Assembly: GCF_001618075.1 (NCBI RefSeq)
Contig: NZ_LAEJ01000024.1
Source: Neisseria flavescens
GTDB lineage: Bacteria > Pseudomonadota > Gammaproteobacteria > Burkholderiales > Neisseriaceae
Strand: one strand, 5' to 3'
Length of the DNA: 32,000 nucleotides
Below the pieces are notes generated by a model that saw only the letters and a program-made list of their open reading frames with translations, was not told the origin of the DNA and did no database searches. The position numbers and the translations under genes were made by a program. Of this stretch, positions 7,259 to 15,357 are shown piece by piece (the stretch's first letter is position 1; every line of letters begins with the position of its first letter).

Positions 7259-10176
7259 TGTTCATCAAAAGGAATATTTTCACCGCAGTGAGAACATTGG
7301 ATATCATTACAGCTATATTTGTAACGCGTCACGCCAGATGTACCGCAGTTTTTACAGCGCCACGCAGTATCGAAGCGTTGGTCTTCGTTTTTGCCTCGTT
7401 CATCCGATTTTACCCGTAGATTGATGCCAGCAGAACGGTATACGCGCCCATCTAATACAACATCCGAACCAGGTGCGTATTCACGCAGTGCAATATCCAA
7501 ACTACGACTTGGGTTTTCTTTGCGGATGAACAGATTATCTTCTCGCTCCTCTCGTTCACGGCGTAAGTCTTCCATTTTACGGATTTTCATTTCTACTATG
7601 CCAGTAGGGAAACCATAACCAGGTAGAAATGCGTTTACCGCCAGATAGCCAAGCAGGTTCTCATTTTCATGTAGTTGTTTCTCGCGATTTAAGGCTTTCT
7701 TGTATGAATCGTTGCTAGTTTGCTTAATTTTATGATTGATATTGTGAAAATCAGCCTGCCAATTCTCTGCCAACTCCAGCAGCCGCTGTTTAGCACTTGC
7801 TTTGATACGTGTCAATGGTACTCCTCCCAAAGCAGTACCTGCCGCCAGTTTACCCAAAGCTTGGTCAATAGTAGAGCATTCTGGTGAGTTCATCCAGTCG
7901 CAAAACTGCTGCCAAACAGATTGGGTTGGATTGAAAAACCAAGCAGTATTCAGCTTAGTACGGTCTTTGCCTGTATCGCTGCGCTTGGCAAGAAATGCTG
8001 CCAATAAGAGAGAATGCATATGGCGGCTGACGATTTTTTCAGAGCTTAACGATACTTTCGGAGCAGCAATAGCAGTAGTGAACGCCCATTTTGGATTGGT
8101 AAATACACGGCGATTATGAGGATCATTTTTGCATAGTGTATAAGCTATTGCAGCTGCTTCGCTACGACGGCCTGCACGACCGGCACGTTGCAGGTAATTA
8201 GCAGGGTGTGGTGGTACATTATTCATTACCACTGCTGCCATACCGCCAATATCCACACCCATTTCCATGGTAGTAGAGCAACTCAATACATTAATTTTCC
8301 CTTCTTTGAACATCTGTTCGTATCTGTTTAATTGTGTAGATGCAATTTGTGCTGAATGTTCCGCCGCACGATAGTAGAAACCTCCTTCAATGATTTTATC
8401 GTTCAAATTGCTCCACAAACCTTCTTGGCGCAAGTGGCCTACATCTTTATCTTGCTTCAGCAAACGACGCATTTGGCTACGACGAGATTCAGCAGTGGCA
8501 TCCTGTTTGAAACGATAATAATCTGGAATCTCAGTTTTGCTGCAAAATAGTTTTTCAGACGGCATTTCCTGCCAGTTACCAGGCAAATAAGGAGACACAC
8601 CGCGCAAAGTAGTGTCGATCAGGCGGTGACTTTGCGGACACAGCCACATTTCTTTTTCAGGTAACTTAAACGCTATTGCTGAAAGCGGCATTTTCCAAGT
8701 ATCATTATCGGGATGCAGGATATTGCTATCAGTAGTCAATTGTTTCCACGCAGTTTGCAGCCACGAATTAATTTTGTGTTTAGCCAAAGGGTTTTGAATA
8801 TCAAGACCTGTAACCGCCTGCAAAATTTTGACTGCTCGAGGCTGTTGGCCTTTATCTCGAACTTGCGGCCAAGCCCGTTTGCGCAAAGTTTGCTTTTCTC
8901 TGGTATCGGGCGACAGCAGGGATTTTCCCGAAAAGCGTTTGCCTAACCATCGTTTTTTCTGCTCATCTAAATTGGTAAAGGAATTTTCACGGACATGAAA
9001 ATCCAAAATCATTTTTAAAAATGCTTTCCAATCATCCAAATCCAGCGGCTTGCTTGGATTGTCTGCCTGATTTAAAACACGTGTCTCTACCCAACCATCA
9101 GGCACTGTGCTGATTTTATCCAGACCAGGATAACAAATCATTGTCAAACCTAAAGTTTCCAAACTATTGGCATTTCTTGGGCGTCTGATAAATTCGCGTG
9201 CCAGTAGCAACTCTGCCAGCTTTTCTGCTCCGTTGCCACTAGGGTCATTAAACATACTGGGATTAGTTTCTCGATTGTAAGGCAGTAAATCTTGCGTCAT
9301 TTCAGCTTTGTCGCGCAGTGTACGGTACATATCATCCCAAGTGAGGTAGGCTTTTTTGTCACTTTTTTGTGCTTTACTTTTTGCTACTTCCAACAACATT
9401 TCCGCCAAAGTGGGATCGGTTTGTTTCAATTGTTCGATTTTTGCTGCCATTTCAGGCATTAGGACGTTATTAACAGTTTTTTCAGTTTCCTGCACCAATA
9501 CATCAAATACCATACCACGCAGTTTGGAATACTCTGCTTCCTGCTGCATTTTTACCGCCATTCTCGCTGTGCCTTGACGGCTGTCAGTAAAAGTAATCAA
9601 ACGCCGTCCACGAGCAGGTAACGATTGCGGATCATTTTCAGCATCACTACAAAATTCCAATACGGTCGGAACAGCGTGGGTTACATAAAACGGTGCACCC
9701 AAATATTGTCCACGATAAAACGGCATTCTTTGGTTTTCTTTGCCGCAGGCGGAACAGCAGGCATGCGGGGAGTAATCCAAAGCCAACTCAAAAGCTTTAC
9801 CTTGCTGTACGCCGATTTGCGCAGTTTCTTTATCGATTTTTTGTACCGTATAGTTTTCAGACTGCATATCGACTGGGGCTGCAAGCACTTTATTGCGGGA
9901 TATGAATTGTAGACCATCTGAAATTGAGTTTACGTCATCACCACTGTCTTCTTCATCATTGGCTGCAGGCTCAGGATTGAGTGCAAACTCATCGGTGATA
10001 TAGGTATCACACTGCTGCAAAATACCGTTATGCTCCTGCGCCATCAAGTGCGAGGTACCACAATCTTGGCACAACACTAATTCATACACAGGAGCACCAC
10101 AATCACATTTAGTTCTGCGGTTAAGATAAACCTGCCCAAATAGCCAGTCTTTAAGGTAACCTTCTTTTTGCTGCAA
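7228..10176 (-). CDS. Helicase fragment 2: Zn-ribbon, RecA2 lobe with large insertion, start of DUF1998-like domain
   Basis: 982 aa. The listed start is TTG with no SD. Contains ITFTDSRQGTAR, STTMEMGVDIGG, QRAGRAGRR (8164-8190), then FLPGYGFPTG, LREYAPGSDVVLDGRVY and WRCKNCG...CSHCG. Confidence 0.8.
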   Translation of the reverse strand: MQQKEGYLKDWLFGQVYLNRRTKCDCGAPVYELVLCQDCGTSHLMAQEHNGILQQCDTYITDEFALNPEPAANDEEDSGDDVNSISDGLQFISRNKVLAAPVDMQSENYTVQKIDKETAQIGVQQGKAFELALDYSPHACCSACGKENQRMPFYRGQYLGAPFYVTHAVPTVLEFCSDAENDPQSLPARGRRLITFTDSRQGTARMAVKMQQEAEYSKLRGMVFDVLVQETEKTVNNVLMPEMAAKIEQLKQTDPTLAEMLLEVAKSKAQKSDKKAYLTWDDMYRTLRDKAEMTQDLLPYNRETNPSMFNDPSGNGAEKLAELLLAREFIRRPRNANSLETLGLTMICYPGLDKISTVPDGWVETRVLNQADNPSKPLDLDDWKAFLKMILDFHVRENSFTNLDEQKKRWLGKRFSGKSLLSPDTREKQTLRKRAWPQVRDKGQQPRAVKILQAVTGLDIQNPLAKHKINSWLQTAWKQLTTDSNILHPDNDTWKMPLSAIAFKLPEKEMWLCPQSHRLIDTTLRGVSPYLPGNWQEMPSEKLFCSKTEIPDYYRFKQDATAESRRSQMRRLLKQDKDVGHLRQEGLWSNLNDKIIEGGFYYRAAEHSAQIASTQLNRYEQMFKEGKINVLSCSTTMEMGVDIGGMAAVVMNNVPPHPANYLQRAGRAGRRSEAAAIAYTLCKNDPHNRRVFTNPKWAFTTAIAAPKVSLSSEKIVSRHMHSLLLAAFLAKRSDTGKDRTKLNTAWFFNPTQSVWQQFCDWMNSPECSTIDQALGKLAAGTALGGVPLTRIKASAKQRLLELAENWQADFHNINHKIKQTSNDSYKKALNREKQLHENENLLGYLAVNAFLPGYGFPTGIVEMKIRKMEDLRREREEREDNLFIRKENPSRSLDIALREYAPGSDVVLDGRVYRSAGINLRVKSDERGKNEDQRFDTAWRCKNCGTSGVTRYKYSCNDIQCSHCGENIPFDEQCTVLTQQVF

Positions 10177-11519
10177 TGACGGTCAGCACACGCCCATAAC
10201 CCGTGCAGCATTGATTGAAATAAATGCAAACGCAGTTTTAAAAATGGTTCAGCATTTTCAGACGGCTTTGTCTGAGTCATAACATCCAGCCAGTCTAAAA
10301 CTTCACGCTGCTGTTCATAAAGGCTATCAGAAAGCAAATATGCTTGCGTTGCCTGTATCAATTGGTTCAGCGTGTAAGGTTGGGTATTGGCTGTCAGACA
10401 ATTACGCAGGGTTGTGGCTATTACACTTTGACAAAGGGCTGCAAAGCGTTCGGTTTCGTCCTTAATAGATGTGATATCTGCGAGGCTCTGTCTACCATCG
10501 GCAACACTAATCGGCAAAAAGTCGCGGCTTCCAGAAACTACTAGGACCTGTTCCTTTGGTACCCCAGCCAAATCAGCAAGATAGCAGCGAAGTTCCTCTG
10601 CTGCTTTGTCGGAAGCAATGGTGGCAGATGTAGCAACAAAGCGTATGTCCTCGGGCTTTTTGCCGAAAGCGTGTACTACACGGCGTAATAACAGTGCAAT
10701 TTCTGCCGCCTGCGATCCGATATAACTATGTGCCTCGTCTAATACTATCCAGCGCAATGAACCTGTTTGGCGTGATTTTTCCAAAATAGGGGCATCTACT
10801 TGGCGCACCAGCATATATTCCAACATAGTGGCATTAGTAAGTAGGATAGGCGGAGGTTCTTTACGTAGCAATTCCCGTGACAAGATTTGGTTGGGCCGGT
10901 CTTTGTCACGTGGTTCAGCACTTTCTTTTGTGTTACCGTTGTAAAGACAAAAGCGGATTTTGTTACCAAAAGGTTTCGTCCATGCATCCAAACGTTCCTT
11001 TTGAGAATTGATTAAAGCATTAAGTGGGTAGAGAAACAGAGCCTGAACACCGATAAGCGCTGTTTTTTCTAACGTTTGGCGACGTATCAGATCTTCCAAT
11101 ATCGGAATCATAAAACATTCAGTTTTACCTGATCCTGTACCACTGGTAATGATGGCAGATTTTGGATCATCCTCCAGAAGGTGCTTCCATACCTGCAACT
11201 GATGGGTATAGGGGCGGGCAGTTTTGGGAAAACCATATCTGTCTGCATCTGCCAACACATCTGTAAGTTTTGTAGAAAACAGGTTTTGTCTTACCAAATC
11301 TGCAAAGGTGCAGTCCGCACTTTTCCAACCAAAGGTATGTTCAACGACAGGGGCAGCGAGAAAACAGTTTTCATTACCCAATTCATTGCTAATCAATTGT
11401 CGCAGGTGACTACGCAATTTATTATCTGTAATATCCAATACGCCAATAGTAGCTTCCTTGATACGGTTCAGACTTTGCTCTATCAATCCGGAAAGAGTTT
11501 GCGTGGTATCGGTATTCAT
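10077..11519 (-). CDS. Helicase fragment 1: N-terminal region plus RecA1 lobe (DEAH box)
   Basis: 480 aa. Walker A GTGSGKT (11121-11141), DEAH (10728-10739), TSAT. The last ~29 residues (KKVTLKTGYLGRFILTAELNVIVVLLCMN) are out-of-frame read-through. Confidence 0.8.
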   Translation of the reverse strand: MNTDTTQTLSGLIEQSLNRIKEATIGVLDITDNKLRSHLRQLISNELGNENCFLAAPVVEHTFGWKSADCTFADLVRQNLFSTKLTDVLADADRYGFPKTARPYTHQLQVWKHLLEDDPKSAIITSGTGSGKTECFMIPILEDLIRRQTLEKTALIGVQALFLYPLNALINSQKERLDAWTKPFGNKIRFCLYNGNTKESAEPRDKDRPNQILSRELLRKEPPPILLTNATMLEYMLVRQVDAPILEKSRQTGSLRWIVLDEAHSYIGSQAAEIALLLRRVVHAFGKKPEDIRFVATSATIASDKAAEELRCYLADLAGVPKEQVLVVSGSRDFLPISVADGRQSLADITSIKDETERFAALCQSVIATTLRNCLTANTQPYTLNQLIQATQAYLLSDSLYEQQREVLDWLDVMTQTKPSENAEPFLKLRLHLFQSMLHGLWACADRHCSKKKVTLKTGYLGRFILTAELNVIVVLLCMN

Positions 11520-14500
11520 TATGATTCACTCACTAGGTAGCAGCTCAGGGAAGCGCAGACGTAATCAAACCATTCTGCATCCAAAGCGTAAATACGATAA
11601 AAAGCATCAGCAAACTGTGCAGCAGTCATTTCTAATGGCATGATATCTGAAGGCTGCGCATTGCCGGCTTTAACACAGGCAGTAAATACTGGTAGCCAGA
11701 CAACTGCACGATCAAAAGGAATTTTGGACAGACAGCGTACTTTATTGAAAAATACATCCTGTTGTTTTTCCAACCATTTTTGCAGACCATCTGAAAGCGT
11801 TTCAGGAATGCGTTGGTTGTTATTCTGACGCAATGCATTGTAATGGCGGTTATAACGTGAATCGTGCTTCTTGTCGAAAATTTCCCCAAGCGTTTTTTCC
11901 ACCACTATCATTTCTATTTCTGAAAGAAATCCTTTAAATACATGATTGCGTAAAATCTCGTCATGGCACAACACGCTTGTAGGAATACAGTTTTCAGGCA
12001 GGGGGAAATCATCAGGATTCAAGCCTTGAGCTACAATTTTGGTACGAATGTATGGTTTGTACGCACTTATGGCAGCAAACCAATCTTGTAGAGCCAACCA
12101 CTCCCATACCACAGCCAATTCGTTACGCATCCGCTCGCAAAATACACCATCCAACCTTAAGCGTAATACCGCCAAAGCCAAGGCTTTGGGCTGTTGTACC
12201 AAGGCTTTCCATGTTTCAAATACTGACAATGGCAGATGAGAAAAATGCTGCTTCAGGCTCTCAAAATACGACCAACCAGAATGCTCAGGATTACCCACCA
12301 TTTCTGTAATGATACGGCTAATAGCTTCGGGATTGTGGTCCGGATGGAAGGCGCGTGCAGCAATATGCAGGGAATTATGTTGAAATGGTTCGATAAATTT
12401 TTCACTGCTGTTGTCAAATATAGCTGGACGAAATTGAACTGGTGATTCAGGCGCAGGGTAAATCAACCACAATCCTTCATCATATTGCTCGGACGACAGT
12501 TGATAATGCCCATTTATCCTCATTGCGCTTTCAAGCAACCTTTGTGCACCTTTTTCAGGTGCATCCAAGCGCATGATGTTTACTACTGCTTCTCGGCAAG
12601 TCAATTCGTCTTCTGCCTGCCGTTTGATGACGAAACTTTTTCGTAATGCATCTGTTACTGCCAGAATACCGAAACGGTAAAACTGATTATTCCACATAAC
12701 TAGACCATTATAACGAGACAAGATAAGCCGTATCAAAGGGTTCTCTGAGCCCATATGGCACACAGTAATTTCTACCTGGGCATCTTGACTACTGCTGCAC
12801 GATAAAAGCTGCAAAAGTTGCGGTTTCCATTGATCTAAGAAAAACTGCTGTACCGAACCATCTGCTGACAAACGTTCGCTGATAGAAATGGGGCGACCAT
12901 GCACATTATCCGATAATTTAAATACCAGCCTCATATCGGTCGATGCGGAGGAATATACCATTATCCACTTGCCTAGCAACTGATTAATATTTAGACGGCA
13001 ATCATCAATTCTACCTTTTTCATCATATAGATACGCACCATCAAACGGTAGAGGTAGTCTTAATCGTGCAGCTTGAATAGGGTTACTTCCAACTGCAAGA
13101 ATAATATGAGATGGATAATTACTGTCCTCAGCTTGGCAGATAAATCTAAATCGGGAATGGATTTGTGTGATATCTAAATGCTTGGCAAAGACATCTATGA
13201 AAACCTTTTCGGAAGTATCAACATTTAAAATGGCGGGATCTTTGTCGCTTGCCGCTTGCCAAGTATAGGAAAAATCTTCAGGCAGAACAGTAATTTTACG
13301 CCGCAACAAACAAATTGCGCCCTTATAGAAAGCCACCTGAAATGTACCATAATAGCTCGGGCAGATATTTGATTGGACCTCACCGTTGATTTTGATGTGC
13401 GTCGGAGATAAGTCAGGGGGTGTTAGCAGAGTAGGAAAACCACGATACACAGGTAAACCATCAGTATTTTGGCAGTGATAAAACAGTCTCCCGTGCAAAA
13501 TACTCTGTTCTGTCAGACTAGCTTGTACAACAACTATTTCTCGCCCATCCTCATGATGAGCAGTCAATCCATCCGAACACTTAAACCACTGCCTGCCCAA
13601 ATAGGAAACATTTTCATCTTCAGACAACCTAAAACCGTCTGGTAGATGAATCAAAATATCTCTATCTTTACTGCGCGTGTATTCATTAGTAGAGAACAGT
13701 TGCCAACGTTGATCTTGAGCAGGGTGAAACACCAGCGGTGCATCTTCATCAAATCCAGTATCTCCAAACAACTTGGTATAGAGCAGCCGCCCGCCAGCAA
13801 ACACTCGCACAGACAAAGGCAGACTAGGTTTCTCTCGGACAAAATCAAGCTGTTTCCCAAAAGGAAGTTTGAATGTTAGCTCTCCGCCTGTATCACTAAG
13901 AGAAGCAAATACTGTTGCTCCCATTTGGGCAACTGGCTCTTCCCCTTCAAAAATTTGCCATTGTAAAACCGTTTTACCCTGATAATTCTGAATAGGGAAA
14001 CTAAATTTTTCAGGTAACCCGATTTTAGCATGCAAGCACCAACTTTCCTCCTTTACATAATGCCGACAGGAGAACTCTTGCTTTTCCACTTTTTGACGTT
14101 CGTCTGCTGCATTACCCAACCAGCGGTTGATAACTGCATCCACCTGATTACCATCCAAAGCAAAAGGAAACTCACTGCGCCAACCACTATCTGCCTGATC
14201 TAGGTATTCGACCAAATTGCGTTTATTCTTCAAGTCAAACCGTTCAGCGAGCTTGACTAGCGCTCTGACTGTATCCGCAAATAGAACAACAGCTGCAGTA
14301 TCACGAAATACTTGTGCTAGTCTATACACTCTTTCAGCAATATATTCTTCTAAAGGGCGGAAAGTTTCCATACTCTCCTGATATTTTTTCAAGCCATAAT
14401 CAATAATATTGCGAATAGCATTATCATCAGCTGCAAGCATTTTCAGTGGTAATCCACCTTCAGCAATTAATGTACCAAGATAACGCGTATTTTTAGCAGC

Positions 14501-14866
14501 GTCATATTTCCATTCTCGCCGCCAATATGCCAACCCTTTTTTCAAATATTTGTAACGCTGCTGTTCATTATCAAATTGCGTACCTATTGCATTATCGAAA
14601 AATGCCCAACTCCATTCACCACCCGAATACTCGCGCCGATAAGTTTCACTCACTGCCAGACAGTAACAGGCACACCATTCGTCCTGATAAGAAGAACCCG
14701 ATATCAAAAAAGGCTTACGACAAAACAGCGCACACAGTTCACGGTATTCATTTTCATTAACTGCATAAGTATACAGTGGCCTACCATTCGGAATAGGATT
14801 AAGTGGATCACGATTAAAAAAGAAATGTGATAACCAACTCTTAAACGGGTTCGCAAGATTTTTCAT
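11519..14866 (-). CDS. 1115-aa protein of unknown function; DruH-like partner (STY4851/ECs_5259-type family, named from memory)
   Basis: Uninterrupted 3.3-kb ORF, and only short noise ORFs overlap it. Rich in aromatic residues (W/F/Y). I see no P-loop, nuclease, methylase or helicase motif. Its stop overlaps the helicase start (TAATG). Confidence 0.8.
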   Translation of the reverse strand: MKNLANPFKSWLSHFFFNRDPLNPIPNGRPLYTYAVNENEYRELCALFCRKPFLISGSSYQDEWCACYCLAVSETYRREYSGGEWSWAFFDNAIGTQFDNEQQRYKYLKKGLAYWRREWKYDAAKNTRYLGTLIAEGGLPLKMLAADDNAIRNIIDYGLKKYQESMETFRPLEEYIAERVYRLAQVFRDTAAVVLFADTVRALVKLAERFDLKNKRNLVEYLDQADSGWRSEFPFALDGNQVDAVINRWLGNAADERQKVEKQEFSCRHYVKEESWCLHAKIGLPEKFSFPIQNYQGKTVLQWQIFEGEEPVAQMGATVFASLSDTGGELTFKLPFGKQLDFVREKPSLPLSVRVFAGGRLLYTKLFGDTGFDEDAPLVFHPAQDQRWQLFSTNEYTRSKDRDILIHLPDGFRLSEDENVSYLGRQWFKCSDGLTAHHEDGREIVVVQASLTEQSILHGRLFYHCQNTDGLPVYRGFPTLLTPPDLSPTHIKINGEVQSNICPSYYGTFQVAFYKGAICLLRRKITVLPEDFSYTWQAASDKDPAILNVDTSEKVFIDVFAKHLDITQIHSRFRFICQAEDSNYPSHIILAVGSNPIQAARLRLPLPFDGAYLYDEKGRIDDCRLNINQLLGKWIMVYSSASTDMRLVFKLSDNVHGRPISISERLSADGSVQQFFLDQWKPQLLQLLSCSSSQDAQVEITVCHMGSENPLIRLILSRYNGLVMWNNQFYRFGILAVTDALRKSFVIKRQAEDELTCREAVVNIMRLDAPEKGAQRLLESAMRINGHYQLSSEQYDEGLWLIYPAPESPVQFRPAIFDNSSEKFIEPFQHNSLHIAARAFHPDHNPEAISRIITEMVGNPEHSGWSYFESLKQHFSHLPLSVFETWKALVQQPKALALAVLRLRLDGVFCERMRNELAVVWEWLALQDWFAAISAYKPYIRTKIVAQGLNPDDFPLPENCIPTSVLCHDEILRNHVFKGFLSEIEMIVVEKTLGEIFDKKHDSRYNRHYNALRQNNNQRIPETLSDGLQKWLEKQQDVFFNKVRCLSKIPFDRAVVWLPVFTACVKAGNAQPSDIMPLEMTAAQFADAFYRIYALDAEWFDYVCASLSCYLVSES

Positions 14867-14896
14867 AATAGAAATCGGCAGTTGACTTAAACCGAA

Positions 14897-14905
14897 ATTA
14901 TATCA
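14897..14905 (-). promoter_or_regulatory. Candidate extended -10 promoter for the island operon
   Basis: The minus strand reads TGATATAAT (TGnTATAAT) about 30 nt upstream of the ATG at 14866. No good -35 element. Confidence 0.3.
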
Positions 14906-15320
14906 GCATATAAAAAACATTTGGATTTTAAGTGCAGTGCCTAGACCAATCTTACAAACCTAATATAAAAACAGCATATCAGACGCCTACAACCCAAAAA
15001 CTTACAGATAGGCTTATTAAATATACACTTCCTCAATGGATTTTATAGAAGGGAAATTAATCTATTCTTTTTCAGTGCTTTCAACATGATTTTCGTTTTC
15101 ACGATTTCTTCCCCTATTTATCTTCTAAGTTTAATAACCATCAATTACATCAATGAGACACTCTTTTGCCTTTTCTGAATGATGGTACTCATCCACCAGT
15201 CATCGATACATTATTTTTAGTTAATGTAGAACACCCAGAAATGTCGAATAGGCCGAGTATTTTGCTCCTAGCCCACGTTTACAGTAGAGTTTAAAGATGT
15301 ACAAGCAGTACCATAGTGAC

Positions 15321-15357
15321 AAAAAAATAAACCCTTACTATTTTTTAGTAAGGGTTT
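15321..15357 (-). terminator. Rho-independent terminator immediately 3' of tRNA-Glu (island side)
   Basis: 12-bp stem AAACCCTTACTA (15329-15340) / TAGTAAGGGTTT (15346-15357) with a T5 loop, followed on the minus strand by ATTTTTTT. Confidence 0.65.

Larger units (their letters stand above)
6434..11519 (-). pseudogene. DruE-like DEAH helicase with C-terminal DUF1998/MrfA-type Zn domain, interrupted by two 1-nt frameshifts (or assembly errors)
   Basis: Three consecutive overlapping ORFs carry one continuous domain series. Adding one base at 10165-10169 and one within 7230-7261 gives a single frame of 5088 nt (1695 codons plus stop). Confidence 0.55.

Noticed and set aside
7228-10176. The ORF overlaps might be programmed ribosomal frameshift sites, or the three ORFs might be genuine separate genes.
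   Set aside because: I see no slippery heptamer plus downstream structure. The internal starts (TTG at 10176, ATG at 7258) lack SD sequences, and domains run continuously across both junctions. A simple 1-nt indel is more parsimonious, though I cannot exclude this without reads or homologues.
6434-14866. Alternative classifications of the island system: DISARM, Hachiman, type I/III restriction-modification, or a housekeeping MrfA/Lhr repair helicase.
   Set aside because: There is no methyltransferase, PLD/DrmC, DUF1837 or specificity subunit. The helicase is far larger than MrfA, is coupled to a 1115-aa partner, and sits in a tRNA-flanked insertion. An HMM search is still needed to confirm the Druantia-like call.
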